DNA of 64,000 nt. Origin: Candidatus Omnitrophota bacterium. Lineage in GTDB: Bacteria; Omnitrophota; Gorgyraeia; 1-14-0-20-64-10. The stretch lies in contig JACOVG010000012.1 of the NCBI GenBank assembly GCA_016177405.1, positions 5,385 through 69,384 on the forward strand, in the 5' to 3' direction. The position numbers and the translations under genes were made by a program. Below, piece by piece: positions 27,501 through 35,900 of the stretch. Position 1 is the stretch's first letter; each line of letters begins with the position of its first letter. The notes below the pieces were generated by a model. It had not been told where the DNA came from and made no database searches. It was given only the letters and a program-made list of their open reading frames with translations.

Positions 27501-30500
27501 CCGCGGCCGAGCCCCCCTCCGGCCTGGAGGAGACGGTCCAGGAGAAGTTCGGCAAGGCGCCGTTTGCCGTGGGAGTGCGTCTGCACGGTAGCACCATTGC
27601 CGCCGCTTTGGTCAATCGGAAGGGGGAGGTAGAGACCACCATCCTTGAGCCGACGCAGTGGAGAAAGCTGCCGGAGATCCTTGAGCTTTTGGGAAATCCG
27701 CCCCCCGACCGAGTGAATAAAGCGATCCTGGAACTGATTCCTCGCCCCGACCATATCCTCTCCTCGGAACAGCGTGACTTGGCCAGCCGGATTGGCGACC
27801 GGATTACCGAAGAAGTCATCCAGCACATCTTGGCCCTCGTCCGCAGTTCAGGACTGCCGAGGGAGAAGTTCAAATACACCTTCATCTCGTTCGCTGGACC
27901 TGTGGATCCCGTTTCAGGCCGGGCCGGAGTGCCTTTTGCCGCGCCCAACATACCCGGTTTTGAGAACTATCCCCTGGCCGAGAAGGTGGCCCATGGGATC
28001 GAGAAGGAGCTGGGGATGAAGGTTCGCGTGGATGTGAGAAATGACGCCCCCTCCGGCAGGATGGGGGAGACCAGCCCCAGCGGGACCATACCCGGCGCCA
28101 AGGGGGTGATCTCCATGATCTGGGGCACCGGGATCAACGCCGACTCGGATACCGTGCCCCTGTTTGAGGTGGGCCACGCCATCGTGGGTCGAATCGAAGA
28201 AGACGGCTTGGCCCACTACGAGTTTCGTGGAGCGGCAGAGAATCGGCCAGCCCTGGAACCGGATGAGTTTGAGGTGGAACAGCAATTAGGCGGCGAGGTT
28301 CTGGCGGCAGTCTTTAGGCAATACGGTTTCAAAGATGGCGGTGATCTCACACAGCAGGCTGCTCCGGACAATTCTGACCAAGCCAAGCGAGATTCGGCCA
28401 GGTCTATCATCGAGGACGTCGGCAAGGACATGGGCAGAGCCATCGCTTCCCTTCTGGCGCACTGCCGCAAGGAGCACCAGTTTGTTCCAACCCGTTTTGT
28501 TCTTACCGCCGGCGTGGCGGAGAAATTCGGCAAGGGGTTGGTGGATTCGAAGGGCAGAGACCTTCTGACCGGCGCCGTCCAGGATGGAGCTTCCCAAGAG
28601 CTTGTGGGTCGTTTCAATGTTTCTAAAGCGGATGCCGAAACGATGGTCAAGGCCGTTATCCGCTCCAGCATGGATGACCGCCGGGAGTTTGCCGCGGCAG
28701 CCAGCGCTCTTCCCTTCGCCGCGGCGGGATTTCCTGCCGATGGATTGTCGGTTCTCCCTGTATCGGAAACATCCCTGGAATTCTTGAAGAAGCTTAATCC
28801 TGATACCCCGGCCGAATTTGTTCAACACCAGCTTCTGATGGATGGCCCTCAAAGAGTGGCCGCGGTTCTGGAAAAAGGCAAGGAGACGCAGGCCGTGGGG
28901 ATGCTTGTGGCAGGCAGACTGTTCTGGGGGACCTGGGAAGATTTTAAGAAAGCGGGACTCACGGATGAGCAATCAGCCTCTGCCTTCCTTGACTATCTCC
29001 GGAATGGGATCCATGAGGCGCAGGTTACAGGTTTTAGGAATCTTTTCATCGAGAGGGTGATTCTTCGAAGAAGCCCCAAAAACGGCAGCGTCCATTTACA
29101 GCTTTCTGACGGACCGGTCCAGCCAGACGATGAAGTCACCTCGATGGTTCTCCTTCACGACAAAAAACATAATCTGGAAAACTTGGCCCACAGCCGTTCC
29201 AAGACCCCACTGCCGACCGGAAAAGCCGCCAAACCGCCCAAGTCCGGGCTGGAGGAGAAGCCGCCGGTGGAAAAGCGGGTCACCGGTAAAACAAAGTTGG
29301 CGGCGGGTGACCTGCTTGTTCGCAGGCAGCTAGGTGAGCCCATCCGCGGCTATCAGATCACGAAGATCGGCTGGCCGCAGTGGTGGCGTGGAATAACGGT
29401 GAAGCAAACAAGCATAGAAGCAACGCCGCCTCCTCTGCCTCGCGTGACGCGAAGAATCCTGAAGAGCGATCCAACGTGGACCCATCTTCCGCTGGCTGGC
29501 CTTCGGGAGGAGGATCTTGTTCGGCTTGGCTTGGAGACCTTCTTGAGCAAAATCACCCCAGGGGAGAAAGCGGCTTGGAAGAAAGAAGGCCGCGAAGCGG
29601 CGGCCAAGCAGAAGCAACATAAAGAAGAAATCCGCGCCGCGCTGGGCCCGTACGCCGCGCCGCTTCCCACGCGAACCAAGCCGAAGCCACCCTTCCAGGT
29701 GACGCAAGGGGCGCGGGAGTTCGAGATTCTCAAGACGCAGGTTGAGAAGGAAGGGCATCTTGTAGCGGTGGAGCCAACCTCCTACTATCCCGCTGCCGAC
29801 GGGGGGATTTCCAGTGAGAATGTCGGGAGCATGGTGACCAGCCTTCTTCGCAAGGCGCGCATGGGGGAGAGCGAACTTAAACACATCGCCTTCTTTCTCC
29901 CGGGCACTCCGAAGGAAGAGCGGACTCCAAGGAATGTTTTTGTGGTTTCGCTGGATCAGCCCATCTTTCAAGGGAAAGACGCGCCGCAGACCCTGAAAAC
30001 GGCGCTTGATGCTGTCCTGAAATATCTGCTTTCCCAGGATTCCAAGGAAACACCTACGGAAAGAGTCCAGGTCCCCTTGGCGAGATGGAAGCCGCCGGGC
30101 GCCTCTGCCCAAGACCCCCATGAGCTGGTTCCGGTGATCCTGCCCGTTCCTCCGCGCCCCGATCCCACCGCAGGCCCGCCACAGAACCGGCGGGCAGGCC
30201 TGGAGGAGGCGGCGGGGGCGTTCCTGGCGGGGGTTGTGGAGCAGACGCGGGCCGAGCAGGACCCTTACGCCCCGCTTCTGGGCACCGATGAGGCCCGGGA
30301 GGCCGCGGCGCGGTATCTCACCAGTCAGTGGACCGCTCCGGAGAGGCGGATCGACCCTTCCCAGCTCTTTATAACTCCTGGCGGCGCCGGCGCCCTGGAG
30401 CTTTTAATCCGAATGGCGGCCGATGTGACCGACGCCCCCCTCAAGGCGCTTCGAGATCCGAATGGGCGCCAATGGATTTGGCTGTCGAAAGCGCTTGAAG

Positions 30501-32872
30501 AACGCTACGGAAAACCGGCCCGGAAATACCTTCAAACCAAGGCCTTCGAAGATTCAACTCTTGGGAGCTTCATGATAAGTCTTTATCTCGCGAACCCACA
30601 GCGCGGAACCCCCAAGATCATCTTGCTTAAGATCTCTGATTTTCCGCGGGCCGACGATAAGGAGTGGCTCGATTTTTTGAAGTACGCTTCCGCCAATCAA
30701 ATCCTGGTTGTCTTCGAAGATTCTGAAGGTCCTACCCCAACGATGGGGAAGCTGATGCGGTGGGTCCAGGAGAACCCTCTTTATAAGCGGACAACCCTCT
30801 TTATGACCGATTTCGGGAAGCGTCTTGATCTGGACGACTACCCGTTGGGGGCGCTGGTTGGCTTTAACAACGCGCTCGTTACCCCTTACCAGACCGCGGC
30901 CGGCGGCTCGATCGCGGCCCCCTCCCAGGCGGTCCAGAAAGGGATCTCCCGCTGGCTTGCCCTCAAGGTCTCTCCCGGGGCAGGGGATGGCTGGCCGCAG
31001 GCTGCCCTTTCCTTACCGGATGTGCCGCAGAACAAAGGGTTCCTGGCGCCTCCTTATCTCGAGGGGAAACCGGACCCGACCCTTGCCTTGAGCTCCAGGG
31101 CCCTCTGGAAGGAGCGAGGCCTGCCGAGATTTCTGCCCGGCGTGAGCGATGAAAACGTTCTCTCAAGGGCGATTCCCCTGCACGTGGGGGCCCCCTCGGT
31201 GCCGCGGCCTAAATGGGCCAGGCAGGCGGTAGAGGAGGCCCTGAAGAGCAACCGCTGGAAGAGCTGGGAAGAGCTGGAGCAAGCGGTCGTTGAGGCAATG
31301 ATCGGCTATATTCGGCGCACGTATGGCGTCGAATATCTTGTGGATGATGTGGCGACAGGCCTCTCCGGCTCCAAGACCGCCCTGCAGGAGTTCCTCCTCG
31401 CGCTGGAGCATGTTGAGAAGAAGCCGGTTTCGGCGGCTCTCCCCAATCCTCACTACGTGGGATACGGTTCCTCACTCCGGGCGGTCATCCCGGATAAGCA
31501 GATCCATCGGTTTGGAACCCAGCGCGAGAACGACTTTGTCCCAACGATTGACGATATCCAGGCAGCGCTGGATGAGATGAAACAGAGCTCTCCGGAGGCG
31601 ACGAGGGTCCTTATCCTCACCAGCCCCGGCAACCCCACCGGCACCGTGATTTCGCAGGAGCTCCTGGAAAAATTGGACGCCTTGCTTCAGGAGAAGGGGT
31701 ATGAGGACGTTCACGTGGTTCTGGATGTCGCCTACGGACAGCTCCTCTTTGAGGGTAAGCAGCTTCAGCTGAACAACCTGTCCGACAGCGTCCTTACGCG
31801 GGTGGCTCTCCTGATGACCCAATCGAAGGAGATCCTTCAGCCCGGGGGCCGGCTGGGCACGTTGGCCATCGCCAATCCGGCGATTGTCGGCCGGATGCTG
31901 GACCAGCGGGTGTTAAAGGCCGACCGGGCCGCGATGGTAGCGCAGGCGGTTGTCTACGGCCAGGAACATGTTGAGGAATTTAACGCCTTTATCAGCAAGC
32001 ATGTGGAGCACCTGAAGCGAAACGCTAAACTGCTGACCCATATCCTCCGAAAGCACGGCGTGGATTTTATCCCGCCCCAAGGGGCCTTTTATCTTCTATT
32101 CAAGAAGGAGCGCTTCCTTGAGCTCGACGCGGAATTCACCCCCTGGGACCTGGGGCTCACCTATGTGGACGGCAACGCCTTCTATGCCCCGGAAGACGAA
32201 TGGTGGCGCATCGCTTTCTCCGGCCCCACCGAGCAGGTAGAGAAGGCGGCCCGCCGCCTGGATGAGTGGCTTACGGCGCATTCTCTCGCCGCCACGGGCC
32301 TGGAGGAGGGGGCCGCGGCGGCGGCTGCCCCCACGGTGCCGGAGGCGCTGGCGAGTCTCAATGGGCTTGAGAAGTTTTGGCAACTGCCGGATATTCCAGC
32401 GGCAGAGGGCTTCCCGGAACTTTCCGCCCGGCCCATCCTCATCGATACCCACGCCGATCCACGGCTGGGCCAACTCGCCCAGGCGTTGAGCATCATGATG
32501 GCCAAGGACCCTTCGGCCCCCGAGGTGGACTTTCTCCTGGTAGCCCGCTGGGAGGAAGTCTCCCCATTGCTGGAGGGGTTGAGTCAAATTAACCGCGAGG
32601 CCGCCGAGGAGTTCCTCAAGCCCCGGATCATCGCCTACGGCGGTTCGGAGGGGAGCCGAGAGAATGCTCGACGCGAGGCCATCGTCCGGTTGGCCAGGCG
32701 GTTCGGGCTCGGCGACGATCCGGAGAAATTGATACGGTCTGGGTCCCTTAAGGTGATCGGCGTCCTTACGCCAGATCTGGCGCTTGAGCTAAAGGATTTC
32801 CTTGGAGAGGTTGGATTACACTTTACGCAGGACGCCTACGATCGTTTGAAGGCGCTTCTGGAAGCGGCATAA
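21518..32872 (+). CDS. Giant multidomain protein 1 (3784 aa). N-terminal signal-peptide-like segment, then GT2 glycosyltransferase, pfkB-family sugar kinase, ROK-family sugar kinase and class I/II PLP aminotransferase domains, plus long uncharacterised regions. Carries 11 [SAT]GLEE motifs.
   Basis: GT2: VIPAYSRG...VGMTDADSNQ (DXD). pfkB: GGKGVIALLERAKAAGA...DGTGTGDAYSAAV. ROK: FISFAGPVDPVSGRAGVPFAAPNIPGFENYPL...VRVDVRNDAPSGRMGE. Aminotransferase: TSPGNPTGTV...LLMTQSKEILQPGGRLG. Uninterrupted ORF. Confidence 0.75.
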   Translation: MKPNLNQEESRCQTPKPVSDTVVPRLFLNKRPLALLLVLTSLTTWACPAFALRPAAPKESGLEEELSRTLTSAPARPELVAGPASGLEEWSDRFHFIIFPEGDRDDRAIATGFGPADHTLWIRIIQSDGFTSRLGFQVKDPSERAFPGEVLVLPGRTIGNLLRKTVPQRDLWRAWDIGVDKLTPYKRRSELAAFLARYPEFWKAVQKQKALAIAGGRDEQALSFQSGDYAVLFYTPGEDPAQWKIFADLSANPHRDDQPVTLTFSVSPRHEFNRKSVYLKRRGLPSSSAQPFSQRQTLTHQRAPNPPSGLEELGARLAEIPLSAGLTKLFQGLGQTQPDMVDRFLTIQESAKKQWLAILEKHPGELKMAVVIPAYSRGVDRIRSQDSLTLKLLQLKKLAEADTRGRVRFVIYVVDDKPEAGLQAEVDRARQAAGVTPEGPVQVRYLRLQDAVDKRRPDLKDLWFDLVPGEQGSRRSIKWGAVRYGMSVAVEEGARVVGMTDADSNQQASELPNLFAPILLEDRAAAVGSRFLNGSASNNDQIGPHNFIEYFLYNPLVKLAMPEIAPIEDLQSGLKAFSAKFLKAALPKMATHKFAGDSELLFLMAQAGGRIAEVPRSEIEESPGQSAVNPASYMSFVEQLKLQLVLHAGGRGFPPAASRFGRAIQGLNVGFWTAQRRRFEQALNEVQAGRKTHAEVEGLLHDLLFPATGLEEGEEFTGEAHPGDIIWNPNDPQGIRYVVDRLEGGRVVAHPEKEPKAVVRFHPDALKRDFKRASPPLKTLKERAAQVPAEVQELSIRGGRRLEKQRAAFYRIQDLIGQDPEVLRRLKSVRVGAKVVLYGATSEELSHFQGLGLEPADYDFVLLEPVSNPGMAGDLVKKAWMKASVVFAGISVMDFITLVQPPGVAGSKERLPFPDWADPAKPLTVVDQFPEGAAAYLAKAERVISGGPSHSGARVAWQTLGGGVQGLGKRGDVRVSHVSRVGEGTEGEKLLVSLRDLRESGEGVEVSGMKPAKGRVNASTLVLSQPEGKRNFIHQLGASNELTPADVPDSAFQGEIFSLHGSELAQRFMKGGKGVIALLERAKAAGAITTWDTVVDPFQHWGSGNLSDRDFEKLLSLIDVFTPSFGEALDIIRLREGLSDAQVKKWAPSQAARYFLDRGSEALFLKLDEKGSLIWTTQRSIFGRPAHFRMPVLWGLKKRDGTGTGDAYSAAVIVGILMDWPVEKIARVATAAGGLVLENYGGTLGDYTFPDVLKAAERLEGQIDVKMALDYPTLSLWEVRPGGTSAGFPEGLLPEAKPELDTLLLLAVRPDEAIAVAEGQPDDHLARGPVDRLRVRLNGRTGPLSPSEEALAEAVQREPRLGSTRSTQEQSDLLTYIASALLIPPAIDDPSAAGLEEKNRKPEAASAVWDGLTVDQAAEMLFAYRLRKSLYAGRKIFPVAGSKSFLDTMFNGEIRSWLQTVANGHPNESLKLVDDGTTVYASSSATGLEEGGQEKVQNEVQEALLRFQGLLSHATSKDLHVLSPQTLKRLPDLQGLGGFGLFLLPDSKLPLDQLPGAIKRRLGRRPKANFYGAGAETTILGLAAPGAGGRSGWLNLVVAGNGTLEEFLAGTLLPGLGIPDKHWKGEDDLAQIALDLWTLAPARAAGLEEKPQTEDQEDEWGGVVRLNLYAEPDRDDRIVIYNLGGSRAVWVKWLKTENPSRISVGFLAADAGGRHLPGDVVVLSGETVQRALDEAQSPQWIWPASNRIPDLRDPGIRVAIRKAMEKRLSEAKASFLQVPPAPQEMEFRDGGYAVVFDTAGDDPSSWRPVADLSVLPKNQRKIELVLSALGEVNLDRKSQSQFHQENDQPAVDPWGSVSSPLVSGDAWRRKVQSQLDDYVTVVQAPPQGHEERDPDFPSKELLEGVHSIEGSLKDGKGPAVAEVIRKVRGNLRALERGGRISPVDFEALDDLLETAVIEAERPRRLPAGPSAVPPRPLDEKEAPPSEFAEGIPLGPAAEPPSGLEETVQEKFGKAPFAVGVRLHGSTIAAALVNRKGEVETTILEPTQWRKLPEILELLGNPPPDRVNKAILELIPRPDHILSSEQRDLASRIGDRITEEVIQHILALVRSSGLPREKFKYTFISFAGPVDPVSGRAGVPFAAPNIPGFENYPLAEKVAHGIEKELGMKVRVDVRNDAPSGRMGETSPSGTIPGAKGVISMIWGTGINADSDTVPLFEVGHAIVGRIEEDGLAHYEFRGAAENRPALEPDEFEVEQQLGGEVLAAVFRQYGFKDGGDLTQQAAPDNSDQAKRDSARSIIEDVGKDMGRAIASLLAHCRKEHQFVPTRFVLTAGVAEKFGKGLVDSKGRDLLTGAVQDGASQELVGRFNVSKADAETMVKAVIRSSMDDRREFAAAASALPFAAAGFPADGLSVLPVSETSLEFLKKLNPDTPAEFVQHQLLMDGPQRVAAVLEKGKETQAVGMLVAGRLFWGTWEDFKKAGLTDEQSASAFLDYLRNGIHEAQVTGFRNLFIERVILRRSPKNGSVHLQLSDGPVQPDDEVTSMVLLHDKKHNLENLAHSRSKTPLPTGKAAKPPKSGLEEKPPVEKRVTGKTKLAAGDLLVRRQLGEPIRGYQITKIGWPQWWRGITVKQTSIEATPPPLPRVTRRILKSDPTWTHLPLAGLREEDLVRLGLETFLSKITPGEKAAWKKEGREAAAKQKQHKEEIRAALGPYAAPLPTRTKPKPPFQVTQGAREFEILKTQVEKEGHLVAVEPTSYYPAADGGISSENVGSMVTSLLRKARMGESELKHIAFFLPGTPKEERTPRNVFVVSLDQPIFQGKDAPQTLKTALDAVLKYLLSQDSKETPTERVQVPLARWKPPGASAQDPHELVPVILPVPPRPDPTAGPPQNRRAGLEEAAGAFLAGVVEQTRAEQDPYAPLLGTDEAREAAARYLTSQWTAPERRIDPSQLFITPGGAGALELLIRMAADVTDAPLKALRDPNGRQWIWLSKALEERYGKPARKYLQTKAFEDSTLGSFMISLYLANPQRGTPKIILLKISDFPRADDKEWLDFLKYASANQILVVFEDSEGPTPTMGKLMRWVQENPLYKRTTLFMTDFGKRLDLDDYPLGALVGFNNALVTPYQTAAGGSIAAPSQAVQKGISRWLALKVSPGAGDGWPQAALSLPDVPQNKGFLAPPYLEGKPDPTLALSSRALWKERGLPRFLPGVSDENVLSRAIPLHVGAPSVPRPKWARQAVEEALKSNRWKSWEELEQAVVEAMIGYIRRTYGVEYLVDDVATGLSGSKTALQEFLLALEHVEKKPVSAALPNPHYVGYGSSLRAVIPDKQIHRFGTQRENDFVPTIDDIQAALDEMKQSSPEATRVLILTSPGNPTGTVISQELLEKLDALLQEKGYEDVHVVLDVAYGQLLFEGKQLQLNNLSDSVLTRVALLMTQSKEILQPGGRLGTLAIANPAIVGRMLDQRVLKADRAAMVAQAVVYGQEHVEEFNAFISKHVEHLKRNAKLLTHILRKHGVDFIPPQGAFYLLFKKERFLELDAEFTPWDLGLTYVDGNAFYAPEDEWWRIAFSGPTEQVEKAARRLDEWLTAHSLAATGLEEGAAAAAAPTVPEALASLNGLEKFWQLPDIPAAEGFPELSARPILIDTHADPRLGQLAQALSIMMAKDPSAPEVDFLLVARWEEVSPLLEGLSQINREAAEEFLKPRIIAYGGSEGSRENARREAIVRLARRFGLGDDPEKLIRSGSLKVIGVLTPDLALELKDFLGEVGLHFTQDAYDRLKALLEAA
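21548..21581. promoter_or_regulatory. Perfect 15-bp inverted repeat CGGTGTCAGACACCG-aaac-CGGTGTCTGACACCG, 30 nt inside the giant gene 1 ORF. Each arm is itself a near-palindrome.
   Basis: Read directly from the sequence. No in-frame alternative start lies downstream before the hydrophobic segment, so it sits in coding or 5'-proximal sequence. Confidence 0.6.
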
Positions 32873-32907
32873 TCAAAAGAAAAAACAATACAGGGAGAAA
32901 CCTAAAG

Positions 32908-35900
32908 ATGCGTTCGAAACTGCTGAAAATTCTCGTGGCGCGGGTTGCGCTCTTCACGTCCGTTATCACCTGGGCGGCGCCCGGGTATGCCCTGCGCCAG
33001 ACCGGGCTGGAGGAGTCTCCCAAGGAGCGGAAGCGGCTTGAAGTCGCCCTCCTGGGCACCGGCAACCCCGGCCAGGACCTCAAGAACCTCGGCGCCGCCG
33101 CCAACCGCCTCGCCACGGACCTTGGGTTTCTCCCTGCAGCCGGATTAGAGGAAGGTTCTTTAGGTCTCGATGATCTGATAAAGCAAGCCGGCGCTGGCTC
33201 CGAGGATGAGCGGAGCAGGGCCATCCAGGCCCTGGGAAGATTCTTTTCAGGGATTACGGTGGATCGGAAAAGATTGGCCTCGTTTGATGGCGGTCGCAGG
33301 GTCCTCCCGGATCTCACCCCGGTGACAAGCATTGGAGCGCTGGGAGTGGTGTTGAGCAACATGGTGGGTTCCGGTGACAAGATTGGATGCGACAGCGCTT
33401 CCTCCTCCAGGATGAATCCGGCGGTGCAGGTGGTATTCCGTGTGGCGGGGCACAACTGGTGGAACAGGGCAGGTGAAGGGAAGAGGGAAGGTGTTCCCGA
33501 CGAGGCGCAGATTCCGCCGATGGAGAAGCCGCTCGTCTTCTCCGCCGGCTGGGTCACTCTCTATACCGCCAACGACCCTGTGGATGGAACCACCCGGACC
33601 TCCAAGGGTCAGGATGGGGGGGTGACCCTTTTTATGGTGACCCCGGATTTTGGCAGGAGGATCCCGGACGAGCTGCGGCTTGAGAACGTCATCTACGCGG
33701 GTCAAAAAGCCGACTTCAGCCTGAAGCGCCAAAAGTTTGACGAGATCGTGAGGCGGATCGCGGCGTCGAATAGAAAATCACCTTCCGATTACGAGGTCTG
33801 GGTGCTCAACCGTCCCCATGGCCAGGAGATCATTGATCTGGCAAGGAAAGCGGGAGCCAAGGTGCGCCTGTATCAGGATGGGACGGTTCAGCCCTCCCTC
33901 TACCTGGCCGCTTTTCCGGAGAGAAACATCATCGTGGCGGGCCGCGTCGGAGCAACCGAAGGCAAGATGGTCGCGGCCCCCCTGCGCAACGTCCATTACC
34001 CCGGCGGCGGAAGGGTTTGGATGAAGGCCCGGATCATCTCGGAAAACTCCGCGTATGAGGTGGCGGAGAAGCGCCAAGGCGGCATCGTTTATTACGAGCC
34101 GAGGCTTGACCCGGACGGCAAGAAGGTCGCCGCGAAGAGTCTGACCAACGGAAACAAGTTGAGTCTCAAGGACAAAGAAGCTCTCAAAGAGGCCGGCTAC
34201 GCGGAGGAAGAGGTTGCCCGGATTGAGGATGGAAATTGGGAGCTGGAACTGGAGGATTTGGCTCCGGCGGCGGGAGACCTGTCCCTTTCCTACATCACCG
34301 AGCCGATGACCGGCTTGGATGGCCAGCCCCTCTTTGATTGGGAAGCGGAAATACACGGTGTTCAGAAGGCCGAAGGGGTGGTCAGTCATACGTTGGATTT
34401 CGCCGCGGATGGCATCTGGCTGGTCACGCATCGCTATCCGGACGCGGGGCTGGGGAGGATTGCCGCTCAACTTCATGAGCAGGAGCGGGTGGTTAACCTC
34501 CTGCGGAAGATCGTATTCGAAGATCCAAGCCATAATCTCCGGCAGGCCGCCCAAGCGGCCTTGAGAGAGTATCTGCCGCACGCGCTTGGTCTGGACTTCC
34601 AGCGGCGGGCGGGGCTGGCGATCGCGGGTGTGGCGGCGGGGCTGGAGGAGGCCAAGCCGGTCATCGGCTACCAGCCGAAACTGACACTGGAGCAAAACCT
34701 CAAGGCCCAGGCCCTTTTTGGGATGGGAACCGGTTCAGGCGTTACCAAGGTAGATGTGAAATACCAGATTAGAAACACGGCAGGAGATCCGGCCGCCTTC
34801 AGCCGGCTCTTTGGCGAACTCCTGGCCTTAAGCCAGGGCGACATGAATAAGCTTGCAAGGATTTTTGAAGAGGCGGTTCAGGCCGACTACGTGAGCGAGG
34901 AGCAGCTCGCCGCCGCCCTGCAGCGCCTGGCCGCCGATCCCGGGGTCCCCTACAACCAGCCGCCGGTTTCTTACTACAACCCGGCCCGCTACGTCTACGC
35001 CCGCCTGCGGAACATGCGGGGCGGCCGGATGACCGGATGGGTCGACGCGGTCCTGGAACCGGTGGCGGTTCGTGTTCGCAGACACGCCTCCGGCAAGGAT
35101 CTCTCCGATGTCCGGCAGAAGGCCCAGGTGGTTCAGGCCCTGCAAAAAAGCTGGGGGAGCGGTCGTCAAGAAGCGGGGTCGAACCTGCCCACAGGGCCTT
35201 TCCGGTACGAGATCTTTTGGGATTCCTTGGTGGAAAAGGACGGGGAATATTACCTCACGCTGGAACTGCTTCTGGACGGAGGGAAGGATTACGCCCAAGG
35301 GGTCGTTCTGGAGCTTCAGGTGGTAATTCCGGCAGAAGGGGAACTCCAGCAGTACCAGAACCCCTACACCTTGGAAATTCCCCCGGACAGAAGGGCCCCC
35401 TTCTCCTACGGACTCTTGGATTCCCTCCACTTTGTCAACACCCGCTTTCCGGAGTGGAGGCCCACGGCCCAACGGGACATCTACGATGCCCGGATGAAGG
35501 CGATGCAGGAAACAGGCGTGAAGCGCCAGATCCTGCGGCCGTCGGTTCGCCAGGGGAACAACCCCAGGTTCTTCGAGCCCTTCTTCCGGGCCTATTTGGC
35601 CGGGCGGGTTCCCTTGATCTACCACATCGTGCACACCCGCTCGGAGCGGGAGTACGGCAACCAGGGCGGGGTTCCCTCCATCGGGAATCTGGCCTCCGCC
35701 ATTGTCCGGCGAGGCGGTTTGGGAGTCACCGCTTCCTGGCTTATCGAAAATCCTAAAGAGGCCGAGCCGCTGGTCGGGCAAGAGCTGGTTTTTAGCTACG
35801 AGCTGGACCACCACCGGATTGACAATGTGAAGGATGCGGCTGGATTCGCGGCAGATTTTGAGTATCTGGTGAAGGCCTACCAGGAGGCGCTCGTCACAGG

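Noticed and set aside
32873-32907. Giant 1 and giant 2 being one gene split by a sequencing error
   Set aside because: A clean TAA stop is followed by AAAGAAAAAACAATACAGGGAGAAACCTAAAG with an RBS and a new Met plus signal peptide. This is consistent with two genuine adjacent genes. It can be settled only by independent reads.
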